Of a stretch of 64,000 bases of DNA, positions 7,849-16,265 are shown piece by piece. Position 1 is the stretch's first letter, and each line of letters opens with the position of its first letter. Under the pieces are notes generated by a model. The model ran no database searches, was not told the origin of the DNA, and saw nothing but the letters and a program-made list of their open reading frames with translations. The stretch lies in NCBI GenBank assembly GCA_021822565.1, contig JAKAQM010000001.1:9342-73341 (forward strand). The letters are read 5' to 3'. This DNA is from Actinomycetes bacterium (GTDB lineage: Bacteria > Actinomycetota > Acidimicrobiia > Acidimicrobiales > RAAP-2). The translations under genes and the position numbers were made by a program.

Positions 7849-9371
7849 GGGCTCTCGAAGAGGGCGAGCAGGGTCCCGTCGGCGCGAGCGAGCACCCTCG
7901 TGCCTCGCACCGCTCGCAGGTGCTCGGTGGTGCGTCGGTCGGTGCGGCGGGCCGCCCTGTAGGGGGCGGGGGCCAGGTTCACCTCGGCGCCGAACTCGTG
8001 GGCCAGGCGGTGAGCGAACACCTCGAACTGCATGGCGCCCACGGCGGCGAGCACGGGGACCTGGTCGCCGTCGAGATCGCGCAGCACCTGGACGACGCCC
8101 TCGCGTTCGAGCTGGGTGAGGCCTTTGTGGAACTGCTTGTGGCGCCCGGTGTCTCGAGGCCGGACCGAGGCGAACAGCTCCGGTGCGAACGTGGCGATCG
8201 GGGGGAAGGCCACGGGCTCGGCATCGTAGAGGGTGTCGCCGATCCGAAGTTCGCTCGCATTGACGAGACCGACGACATCGCCGGGATAAGCGACGTCGAT
8301 GGTGTCGCGTTCGGCACCGAAGACCGACGCTGCGTACTTGGTCGCGAAGGGCCGGCCGCTGGGTCCGTGCACCAGGATCATCCCGCGGGTGAAGCGTCCC
8401 GAGCACACCCGCACGAAGGCGACGTGGTCGCGATGGGCTGGGTCCATGTTGGCCTGGATCTTGAAGACGAACCCCGAGAACGGCGCGTCGAGCGGACGCT
8501 CGAAGCCCTGGTCATCAGGTCGGGGGGTCGCCGGCGGGGCGAGGTCCACCACGGCGTCGAGGAGGTGGCGGACCCCGAAGTTGGTGAGTGCCGACCCGAC
8601 GAACAGCGGGCTGGAGGAGCCGGCGAGGAACGACGCCGGGTCCAGCGTGGCGCCGACCTCGTCGAGCAGCGCGATCGCATCTCTTGCCTGGTGCCAGGCC
8701 TCGCCTTCCTCGGCGGCCGCTCGATCGGCGTCGAGGCGCTCCTCGGGTGCCGCCGTGGCGCCTCGGGCGGTGCGCATGTAACGGACGAAGCTGGCGTCGC
8801 GTCGGTCGATGACGCCGCGAAAGTCCCCGGGGATCCCCACCGGCCAGGTGACCGGCGTGGGGCGCAGCCCGATCTGCGCTTCGATCTCGTCCAAGAGCTC
8901 CAAGGGATCACGTCCGGGCCGGTCGTACTTGTTCAAGAAGGTGAGGACGGGAAGCGACCGGGCACGGCAGACCTCGAACAGCTTGAGGGTCTGGGCCTCC
9001 ACGCCCTTCGCGACGTCCAGCACCATGATCGCCGCATCGGCGGCCGCGAGGACCCGGTAGGTGTCCTCGGAGAAGTCCCGGTGTCCAGGCGTGTCCAACA
9101 GGTTCACCACGCGCCCGCGATAGGTGAACTGGAGCACCGTGGACGTGATCGAGATGCCCCGTTGCTGCTCCAAGGCCATCCAGTCCGAGGTCGCGCGGCG
9201 CCGTCCGGCTCGCGCCTTCACCGCGCCGGCTTCGACCACCGCGCCTGCGTAGAGGAGGAACTTCTCGGTCAGAGTGGTCTTGCCGGCGTCAGGGTGGCTG
9301 ATGATGGCGAAGGTGCGGCGGCGGGTGGCTTCAGCCTTGACGCTGGTGTCCGATGCGACGGCGAGGCTCAT
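7770..9371 (-). CDS. prfC: peptide chain release factor 3
   Basis: GTPase motifs AIISHPDAGKTTLTEK, DTPGHRDF, NKYDR. Matches RF3 over its full length. Confidence 0.9.
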   Translation of the reverse strand: MSLAVASDTSVKAEATRRRTFAIISHPDAGKTTLTEKFLLYAGAVVEAGAVKARAGRRRATSDWMALEQQRGISITSTVLQFTYRGRVVNLLDTPGHRDFSEDTYRVLAAADAAIMVLDVAKGVEAQTLKLFEVCRARSLPVLTFLNKYDRPGRDPLELLDEIEAQIGLRPTPVTWPVGIPGDFRGVIDRRDASFVRYMRTARGATAAPEERLDADRAAAEEGEAWHQARDAIALLDEVGATLDPASFLAGSSSPLFVGSALTNFGVRHLLDAVVDLAPPATPRPDDQGFERPLDAPFSGFVFKIQANMDPAHRDHVAFVRVCSGRFTRGMILVHGPSGRPFATKYAASVFGAERDTIDVAYPGDVVGLVNASELRIGDTLYDAEPVAFPPIATFAPELFASVRPRDTGRHKQFHKGLTQLEREGVVQVLRDLDGDQVPVLAAVGAMQFEVFAHRLAHEFGAEVNLAPAPYRAARRTDRRTTEHLRAVRGTRVLARADGTLLALFESPYQLQRLEQDHPEWCLDPVVSAGDMP

Positions 9372-9775
9372 CGTCGGACCGCCGGACGGTGGCGGCGAGC
9401 CTCTCGGCGCAGCATCTGGGCCATCGCCTGGGCGGCGTCGAGTTGCTCGCGCAGCGCCTCGCAGCGCTGCTCGGCGGTCACCGCGAAGAGCTCCAAGCGC
9501 TCGACCAGCTCCGAGTGCTCTTGGCCGCCAGCTTCCGCAGCCAGCCGCTCGCGAAGCTCCAGCAGCTCACGCATCTCCTCGAGCGAGAAGTCGAGCGGCT
9601 TCATCTGCTTCACGAGCCGCAGCCGGTCCACGTCGTCATCGGTGTAGAGGCGGAAACCCCCGGCGCTGCGCCCCGAGGGGGGTACCAACCCCACCTCCTC
9701 GTAGTGACGGATGGTCCGCAACGACAAGGAGACCGCTTCAGCCACTTCCCCGATCTGGTGCATGTCTTCGATCAC
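9368..9775 (-). CDS. MerR family transcriptional regulator
   Basis: HTH IGEVAEAVSLSLRTIRHYEEVGLV followed by a coiled-coil. Stop overlaps the prfC ATG (ATGA 9368-9371). Start is GTG 9775 or ATG 9763. Confidence 0.8.
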   Translation of the reverse strand: MIEDMHQIGEVAEAVSLSLRTIRHYEEVGLVPPSGRSAGGFRLYTDDDVDRLRLVKQMKPLDFSLEEMRELLELRERLAAEAGGQEHSELVERLELFAVTAEQRCEALREQLDAAQAMAQMLRREARRHRPAVRR

Positions 9776-9781
9776 GACGCC

Positions 9782-9803
9782 AGGGTACTGCTGAACATAC
9801 CCT
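9782..9803. promoter_or_regulatory. inverted repeat AGGGTA-N10-TACCCT upstream of the MerR-family gene
   Basis: Perfect 6-bp arms at 9782-9787 and 9798-9803, inside a locally AT-richer stretch directly 5' of the GTG at 9775. Confidence 0.35.
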
Positions 9804-9877
9804 CACGTAACAGTAGGTAAGCGTGCAAGCGATGTACCTGGCTGGTGACGTTGTCGAACCGGTCATGACGACGATCC

Positions 9878-9905
9878 GGCCCCTCGGCCCCTCGGCCCCT
9901 CGGCA
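9878..9905. repeat. 8-nt tandem repeat (CGGCCCCT)x3 plus CGGC
   Basis: Read directly: cggcccct cggcccct cggcccct cggc. Intergenic, between the MerR-family gene and yqhA. Confidence 0.9.
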
Positions 9906-10163
9906 CGTGGGCACCCTGGGGCGGGAGAACCTACGCTGCCGTCATGAATGAGCAGTTCGTGACGAAGACGCCGCCGTCGACCATCGGGACGGATGGCTCC
10001 GCAGCGGTCATTCACGATGCATTGCCGGAGAGGACGAACGGGCCCATGGTGTTGTCGGACCTCGCGTTGTCGCGAGATCACGCGGATTGCCCCGACTGAC
10101 GACGAGCTGATGGACGACGGGAGGCAGGGCGACCGTAGCTCCGGAAGTCGACGCGAAGCGACA

Positions 10164-10670
10164 ATGCGCAGCCCGATCCGGTTCCGCTTCGAGGAGGCGC
10201 TTGCCGCTTGCCGCTTCCTCGTGATCGCCCCCGTGGTTGTCCTCGCGCTCGCCGCGCTCGGCTCGTTCGCTTACGGCACCGACCTGTTCGTGCTGGCGGT
10301 GAATGACGTGGCTCGTGCCGCGCTGCCGGTCGGGAACAAGATCGGGCGGATCCTCGTGGTCATCGACCTGTTCTTGATCGGCGCCACGCTGTTGATCGCG
10401 AGCTTCGGCTTCTACGAGCTGTTCGTCGACCGTATCGCCGGTCGGACACACGTTCGGTTGCCGGATTGGCTCCAGATGCGCGACCTGAATGACTTGAAGG
10501 CACGGGTCATTTCGATGATCGTCCTCATCACCGCGGTCGACTTCGTCGAGGTCCTCGTCGACTCATCCGACGGGCTGTACATCTTGGAGCGAGGAGCCGG
10601 GGTGGCGCTGGTCATCGGAGCCCTCACTGCGTACGTTCGACTCAGTCACAGGATGCACAGCGACGACTGA
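10164..10670 (+). CDS. YqhA (UPF0114) family membrane protein
   Basis: TM pattern and motifs (RFLVIAPVVV, LVVIDLFLIGATLLIASFGFYELFV, LKARVISMIVLITAVDF) resemble E. coli YqhA as I recall it. ATG 10164 chosen. Confidence 0.7.
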   Translation: MRSPIRFRFEEALAACRFLVIAPVVVLALAALGSFAYGTDLFVLAVNDVARAALPVGNKIGRILVVIDLFLIGATLLIASFGFYELFVDRIAGRTHVRLPDWLQMRDLNDLKARVISMIVLITAVDFVEVLVDSSDGLYILERGAGVALVIGALTAYVRLSHRMHSDD

Positions 10671-10768
10671 GCGGAGTGCTCGTCGAGCCCGCTCCGGAGA
10701 CGGCGGGCGTGCGGCGGGGCGCGCTCACGATTTTCGGGTCAGCCCTGTCAGGAGCAACTTGCGGGCGT

Positions 10769-11791
10769 CTACCCGACGATGGTGCGCTCTGCCAGCACGA
10801 TGGGTCTCCCCCTGTCGACCTCGACCACGTGCACTCGGTCGCCCCCGGCTCGCCTGGCGCTGTCCATTGCTGACCACGCTTGGGCGAGGACGTCTTCAGG
10901 CCGCTTTCCGGGAAGACGCACGGTCGCCGCCCCGGCGCTCACGGTGATCCGGACCGGGCTGACGGCGGTCGGGACCTGCACCGGCACCGCGGCAGATGCG
11001 CGAAGCCCGACGGCTCTGCGCTGGGCCTCGGACGGACCGATGAGGTCCTCGAAGAGGATGGCGTACTCGTCGTCTCCTATCCGGGCGACGAGGTCACCGG
11101 GACGAACGCGCCCACGCAGGTGGGAGCCGACCTCGACGAGCACAGCGTCGCTGCCGGGGCGGCCGTACCGCGCGTGCACCGCAGCGAGATCGTCGATGCC
11201 GATGACGATGAGCGCGATCCCGTCTGGCTGACGAGACAACCGCGCGAGGGACAGCTCGAGTTGGTCGAGCAGAGCGGCACGGGTCCCCAACCCGGTGAGC
11301 GGGTCGCGTCGGGCGAGATCAGCGAGACGGTGGTGGAGGGACTCGAGCTCCGCGTCGCAATACTTCGCCAGCTCGATCAGGGCCGCCCTGCGGGTCTCGG
11401 ACACCGTGGTGGTCGCTGCGTGCAAGATCGTGGCGCCGACACCGAGCCGCTCCGCCTCTTCGGAGAGTATGCGGCTGACGACCTCGCTCCACCAGAAGCT
11501 GAGCTCGACGAGCGGCGTGACGCCGAGCCGCGTCACGTCCCTACGCCCCCCTGACGACCGACCCTGTGCCATGTGCGATGCCTTTCGCGGCTCCGCGTCC
11601 GCTGTCCGCAGCCAACGGACGATCGACTGCGTGGAGCGCGACATCTCGTGCCGGAGCGGGCCACCAGGGGAGAAGGCTCCCGCTGTGCTCACGTAACGGC
11701 TCTGGCACTCACGAAGGACCTCCTCGCAGCGTGCGGCGAGCGCCTCGCCCAGTGCGGCGTAGCCAGGGTCCCGCTTTCCGTCTGCTCTCAC
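10769..11791 (-). CDS. GGDEF-domain protein with degenerate active site (GDDEY) and an unknown N-terminal domain
   Basis: DPLTGLGTRAALLDQLE..GIDDLAAVHARYG..RPGDLVARIGDDEYAILF. GTG 11791 is chosen because the sequence upstream of it looks non-coding; alternative starts are 11644 and 11572. Confidence 0.7.
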   Translation of the reverse strand: MRADGKRDPGYAALGEALAARCEEVLRECQSRYVSTAGAFSPGGPLRHEMSRSTQSIVRWLRTADAEPRKASHMAQGRSSGGRRDVTRLGVTPLVELSFWWSEVVSRILSEEAERLGVGATILHAATTTVSETRRAALIELAKYCDAELESLHHRLADLARRDPLTGLGTRAALLDQLELSLARLSRQPDGIALIVIGIDDLAAVHARYGRPGSDAVLVEVGSHLRGRVRPGDLVARIGDDEYAILFEDLIGPSEAQRRAVGLRASAAVPVQVPTAVSPVRITVSAGAATVRLPGKRPEDVLAQAWSAMDSARRAGGDRVHVVEVDRGRPIVLAERTIVG

Positions 11792-11976
11792 GTGTCCGGC
11801 CCCTGTCCTTTCCGTGCCCGACGATGTATCGGCCTCCCGAGGGAATGCTTGAGCTCGGCGGCACGCGTGGGCTCTGTCAATATGGGAGCTGCGATGTCGA
11901 CATGGCTCGAGATGCGTGCGCGGAAGAGAAGCCGCCGCCCGCCCGTTCGGGGGCAGGGCCGCAGGCACCCGTGCCG

Positions 11977-13218
11977 ATGACGGCGCAGGTCGGCCTCGCA
12001 GACATCCAGAATGCCCGCGCCGCCGTGGAAGCGGTTGGAGCTCGGACGCCGGTGTTCGAGTCGCGCCTGCTCTCGGAGAGAACCGGCGCCCCCGTGTGGA
12101 TGAAAGCAGAGAACCTCCAGCGGACGGGCTCCTTCAAGGTCCGGGGGGTCGCGTCGAAGCTGGCCTCGATCGGCGACGGTGCGGAGGCGGGGATCGTCGC
12201 AGCGTCGGCTGGCAATCACGCCCAGGCGGTGGCCTTCGGTGCAAGGCAAAAGGGCCTGCCATGCCACGTCTTCATGCCGAGTGACGCTCCGATCGCCAAG
12301 GTCAGCGCGACCGAGTCCTATGGGGCGACGATCGAGCTCGGAGGTGAGTCGGTCGACGACTGCGTCACGATGGCCATGGCGCGGGCGGCTTCCACCGGCG
12401 AGATCTTCGTCCACCCATTCGACGATGCGGCGGTCATCGCGGGACAGGGCACCGTGGGTCTGGAGCTCGTCGAGCAGATCCCCGATCTCGCGCTCGTCGT
12501 CATCCCCCTCGGAGGCGGAGGCCTCGCCTCGGGGATGGCGGTCGCATTGCGAGCGTGCGTACCGAGCGCCAGGATCGTGGCTGTCCAGGCGGCGGTGTGC
12601 GCACCCTTCGCGGCTGCTCTCGGCGTCGGGCCGCCAGTCGGCGTCGGGCCGCCGGTCGCCGACGGGTCGCCGAATTCGCTCGCGGACGGCATCGTGGTCA
12701 AGCGACCAGGTGCGATCACGTTCCCGATCGTGCAGTCGCTCGTCGACGACGTCGTCGTCGTCGGGGAGGACGACATCGCGGAGGCGATGGTCCTGCTCTT
12801 GGAGCGCGCCAAGCTCGTGGTCGAGGGGGCAGGGGCGGTGGGAGCAGCAGCGTTGCTGTCTGGCGCCGTGGCAGCGCCTGCTCGGGGGGCGACCGCGCTG
12901 GTGCTGTCGGGTGGCAATGTGGACACCAATGTGCTCGCAACGGCGATCAGGCGCCATGAGACCAATGCAGGGCGCCGCCTCGTCGTGTTCGCTCGGCTGT
13001 CCGACCGGCCCGGCCATCTCGCTCGCATGCTCACCGTGATCGGTGAAGCAGGAGGTAACCTCCTCGAAGTGGACCACCTGAGGGAGGGCTACCGTCTGCA
13101 CGTGAGGGAGACCGGGGTGCAGCTCGTCATCGAGACGCGTGGGCAGCAGCATGCAAGAAGGGTGCTCGACGCGGTTCGCGACGCGGGGTACGACGTCCGT
13201 CCGGTGGACCAGGGGTAG
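11977..13218 (+). CDS. ilvA: threonine ammonia-lyase (threonine dehydratase) with C-terminal ACT-like domain
   Basis: PLP-lysine motif TGSFKVRGV, then GNHAQAVAF and LGGGGLASG. C-terminal regulatory domain RLVVFARLSDRPGHLARMLTVIGEAGGNLLEV. Confidence 0.85.
   Translation: MTAQVGLADIQNARAAVEAVGARTPVFESRLLSERTGAPVWMKAENLQRTGSFKVRGVASKLASIGDGAEAGIVAASAGNHAQAVAFGARQKGLPCHVFMPSDAPIAKVSATESYGATIELGGESVDDCVTMAMARAASTGEIFVHPFDDAAVIAGQGTVGLELVEQIPDLALVVIPLGGGGLASGMAVALRACVPSARIVAVQAAVCAPFAAALGVGPPVGVGPPVADGSPNSLADGIVVKRPGAITFPIVQSLVDDVVVVGEDDIAEAMVLLLERAKLVVEGAGAVGAAALLSGAVAAPARGATALVLSGGNVDTNVLATAIRRHETNAGRRLVVFARLSDRPGHLARMLTVIGEAGGNLLEVDHLREGYRLHVRETGVQLVIETRGQQHARRVLDAVRDAGYDVRPVDQG
12622..12657 (+). 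repeat. in-frame 18-nt tandem duplication inside ilvA
   Basis: ggcgtcgggccgccagtc / ggcgtcgggccgccggtc (1 mismatch), encoding GVGPPV GVGPPV. Confidence 0.9.
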
Positions 13219-13275
13219 GCGCGCTCACGGCGGTGAGGGGCGTCACCCTCCTTCCTGCGAGGGCCGCAGCAGGGT

Positions 13276-14634
13276 GTGAGGGGCGTGGAACGCGCCGCGC
13301 GGCGGCTCAGACGCGACTGCAGACGAGATGCGACGAGCGTGACGACAGAAGACCTGCCTGACGCCTCTGGATCGAGCGATCGGCGCTCAGTTCGTTGGCG
13401 CACCCGGAACGTCTGGGCCATCTCGCTCTCGGCCTTTTTCTCCGACACTGGGTACCAAGCGGTATGGGCCGGCTTTCCCCTGTTCCTGGTCCTGGAGCTG
13501 CATCAGCCGGTATGGGAGTTCGGTCTGGCGAGTGCCCTCGCGTATGGGGGTGGCACGTTGTTCGCGTGGCTGGGCGCCTTGCTCGGGGACCGGATCGGCC
13601 ACCGCAGGGTCGCCATCGGCGGCAACGCCTTGATCCCCTTGCTGTCGTTGTCGGCGCTCTGGGCGAACCCGGCGGTCGCGATCGGCCTGCTGTGCGCAGG
13701 GTGGTGGGCGCGTAACCTGCGCACCCCCTCTCGCAGGGTCATGCTGGTGGAGGCAGCGCCGGACGAAGCTGATCGGAGCTCGGTCTTCGGGTTCCTTCAT
13801 GCCCTTGACATCGGTGGTGGAGCGCTCGCGGGCGTCTACGTGCTCATCGCGGTCATCGAGCACGTCGCATTCAGCTGGATCTTCCTCGCCAGCGTGCTGC
13901 CGTTGGCCGCGGCGACCTTCTCGTTGACCCTGTGCAGCACCGGTCGTGCAGTGTCGACGCACGTGGAGCCGAGCGATCCTGCACCCAGCGATCCTGAACC
14001 CAGCGAGTCCAGGCGCACGCGGCTCCCCGGTGCCGCCCCACTGCTGGCTGCGTCTGCGCTGTTCGGCTTCACGTACTACAGCGTCGGCTTCCCGATCCTC
14101 ACGACGGCGCAGGGAAGCGGCGACAGGGCATTCGGCATCGGTGCGTTCCTGCTGTTCAATGCGGTGTCCGCGGCGACCGGGTACCTCATGGGCCCAAGGC
14201 TCGGGAGCGGGATCGCCGAGCGCTTCCGCGCGCTCGGTGCGTTCGGGTACCTGTTCGCGGTCGTCGGCGCCGTGCTGCTCGCAGTCGGCGCTGCAGCCCA
14301 CCTGACGGTTGGAGTGCTGCTGGTCGGTGTGGCGGCCCTGGGGTTCTCGCTCGGCGTCGTGACAACCGTCGAGCCCACGCTCATGTCCGTGCTCAGACCG
14401 GGCCGTGCGGCAGGGCGTGGCTTTGGGGCACTGGGTGCCGCGCGCAGCGCCGGGTTGTTCTTCGGGAACCTCATCATGGGGCTGTTGTACGCGCGTGGGG
14501 CCGGCTGGGCCTACGGCTATGCCGCCGTGATGGGGATCGCGGCCACGATCGTCGTGCTCGGTGCCATCCCGGCCGCTCGGCGGGCCGATGGGCGCGTGCG
14601 GAGCCAGGCAAGGATGGCCACCGACGAGCAGTAG
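13276..14634 (+). CDS. MFS transporter
   Basis: About 12 hydrophobic segments. MFS-like loop LGDRIGHRRV after TM2. Start codon uncertain (GTG 13276). Confidence 0.7.
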   Translation: MRGVERAARRLRRDCRRDATSVTTEDLPDASGSSDRRSVRWRTRNVWAISLSAFFSDTGYQAVWAGFPLFLVLELHQPVWEFGLASALAYGGGTLFAWLGALLGDRIGHRRVAIGGNALIPLLSLSALWANPAVAIGLLCAGWWARNLRTPSRRVMLVEAAPDEADRSSVFGFLHALDIGGGALAGVYVLIAVIEHVAFSWIFLASVLPLAAATFSLTLCSTGRAVSTHVEPSDPAPSDPEPSESRRTRLPGAAPLLAASALFGFTYYSVGFPILTTAQGSGDRAFGIGAFLLFNAVSAATGYLMGPRLGSGIAERFRALGAFGYLFAVVGAVLLAVGAAAHLTVGVLLVGVAALGFSLGVVTTVEPTLMSVLRPGRAAGRGFGALGAARSAGLFFGNLIMGLLYARGAGWAYGYAAVMGIAATIVVLGAIPAARRADGRVRSQARMATDEQ

Positions 14635-14788
14635 GGAAGGAGCCTTGGCTGCCGCCCGGGCATGGTGACGCGTCGGGTCGTCGCCATGGACGACGAGCTA
14701 TGGTCGTCGCCGTGGCCGAACAGGATCTCTCCCAGCGGCAAGATCGCCGGCTGCGCTCGATCGGTCGCATCGAGCTCGTCGCCGTCCG

Positions 14789-15130
14789 GTGAGCAGCCGC
14801 CTGCTGGCTGCTGACGTGGGTGCACTCCCGCTGGAAGTGCCCATTCCAGCGGGTAGCGAGGTCCTGGAGGGAGATCCCACCGCCCGTTACTCCACGATCA
14901 CCGAGCTGGGGAACGGCACCGAGGCGGGTGTCTGGGAGATGACCGCCGGTGGAGTCCGGGATGTGGAGAGCGACGAGATCTTCCTCGTCCTCTCCGGGGA
15001 TGCCACGTTGCGCTTCGATGACGGCGAGACCGTCGAGCTGCGCCCCGGCGTGCTCGTGAGGTTGCGCGCCGGTGACCGCACCGAATGGCGAGTCCGCGAC
15101 ACGCTGCGCAAGCTCTACGTCTCGCTCTGA
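14789..15130 (+). CDS. cupin domain protein (DUF861/EutQ-like small cupin)
   Basis: AGVWEMTAGGVRDVESDEIFLVLSGDATLRFDDGETVELRPGVLVRLRAGDRTEWRV is a typical single-cupin barrel. GTG start. Confidence 0.7.
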   Translation: MSSRLLAADVGALPLEVPIPAGSEVLEGDPTARYSTITELGNGTEAGVWEMTAGGVRDVESDEIFLVLSGDATLRFDDGETVELRPGVLVRLRAGDRTEWRVRDTLRKLYVSL

Positions 15131-15186
15131 GCTCTGGCCGTCGGCCAGTCACCTGGGAGCCAGAGGAACCACGCGTTCCACCTCTC

Positions 15187-16203
15187 CTACGGCTCTGCCT
15201 CGCGGTGCTCGAACGCGAGCTCGCGTTCGAGCTCGACCTGGTCGTCGAGGCAGAGGCGGGTCGCTGGCTCGGCGACGAGCCGATCGGTGTCGATCGGCCT
15301 TCCGCAGGCCTCGCAACGACCATAGGTGCCCGCTTCGAGGCGCTGCAGGGCCTGCTCCACTTCCGCGAGCTCGCCCTCGACCTGCTCGCGCAGGGACAGA
15401 TCGCGCTCTCGGACGAACGTCTCCGTGCCCAGATCGGCTGGATGCTGGTCGACCGCCGAAAGGGACGACAGATCCTCTTGCTCGTCCTCCCGCCTCAGCC
15501 CCTCGTGTTCGAACCCGTCCACGAGCCCCTCGAGGCGCGCGCGAGCGTCCTCGAGGAGGTGCCTGAAGCGCTCGACGTCGGGCATCTCCTCGGGTCCTTC
15601 TGGCGGAGACGGCAGCTCGGGGGATCCTTCGAGCGTGACCTGCTGGAAGAGCGGTCGCCCGAGGGCGGGGCGTTGCTCGTCCAAGGTCCTCTTCTCGGTC
15701 CCGCGCACGAGCGCGTCCTCGACGGCGTCGGGCTCGAATTCGTCGAGGGAGCTCCCCTCGTCGAGGAGGGCTTCGGAGAGCGGCTCCTCGTCGTGCAAGG
15801 AGAGGAGCTCGGCTGGCTCGCCCTCGTCCTCGAGGCGCTCTTCGAGCTCCTCGGGGTCCATCTCATCCGGGTTCTGGCCTGTCGGTGCGGGGGCAACGAT
15901 GGACTCGGCCTCGAGCGTCGCTGTCGCCTCGTCCTCGGCCGCCTCGATCTCGGAGGTCTCTGCGAGTGCGGGCGGGACCTCTTCGGTCCCGAGCTCGGCC
16001 TCGTCGAGGAGGGAGTGCTCGAGGTCGACCTGCTCGTGCAAGACCGATGCGGCGTCTTCGAGCGGCCCCTCGACCTCCCGGCTCCGTTCGTCTTCGTCGC
16101 CCCGAGCTCTTGGCTTCCTTTTCTCCTTCTCCGTCGGACTCTCCTTCAGCTTGCCGCGCGTGGCGTGCAGCGCGGCGTGCGGATCCTGTTCTCCACCCCC
16201 CAT
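15187..16203 (-). CDS. DksA/TraR-type zinc-finger protein with a ~220-aa highly acidic N-terminal extension
   Basis: C-terminus LEAGTYGRCEACGRPIDTDRLVAEPATRLCLDDQ matches the DksA/TraR C4 finger, except the last Cys position is Asp. A coiled-coil region precedes it. The N-terminal two thirds are E/D-rich low complexity. ATG 16203 has AGGGTG 7 nt upstream. Confidence 0.7.
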   Translation of the reverse strand: MGGGEQDPHAALHATRGKLKESPTEKEKRKPRARGDEDERSREVEGPLEDAASVLHEQVDLEHSLLDEAELGTEEVPPALAETSEIEAAEDEATATLEAESIVAPAPTGQNPDEMDPEELEERLEDEGEPAELLSLHDEEPLSEALLDEGSSLDEFEPDAVEDALVRGTEKRTLDEQRPALGRPLFQQVTLEGSPELPSPPEGPEEMPDVERFRHLLEDARARLEGLVDGFEHEGLRREDEQEDLSSLSAVDQHPADLGTETFVRERDLSLREQVEGELAEVEQALQRLEAGTYGRCEACGRPIDTDRLVAEPATRLCLDDQVELERELAFEHREAEP

Positions 16204-16265
16204 CGCTTGCACCCTGATCCGATCTTGCCGGGAGCGAAAGGGTCGATGGTCCCCAATATCGGGGT

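Noticed and set aside
7818-9647. 609-aa ORF on the plus strand
   Set aside because: It is antisense to prfC, which has clear GTPase motifs. The antisense product is low complexity.
9368-9775. MerR-family gene as the regulator of the MerF-like module at 2122-4401
   Set aside because: It lies 5 kb away across seven unrelated genes and is translationally coupled to prfC. It also lacks the C-terminal Cys triad of Hg-sensing MerR, as far as I can see.
9878-9905. Tandem 8-mers as a CRISPR-like array
   Set aside because: The units are contiguous with no spacers and there are only three copies. No cas genes are present in the window.
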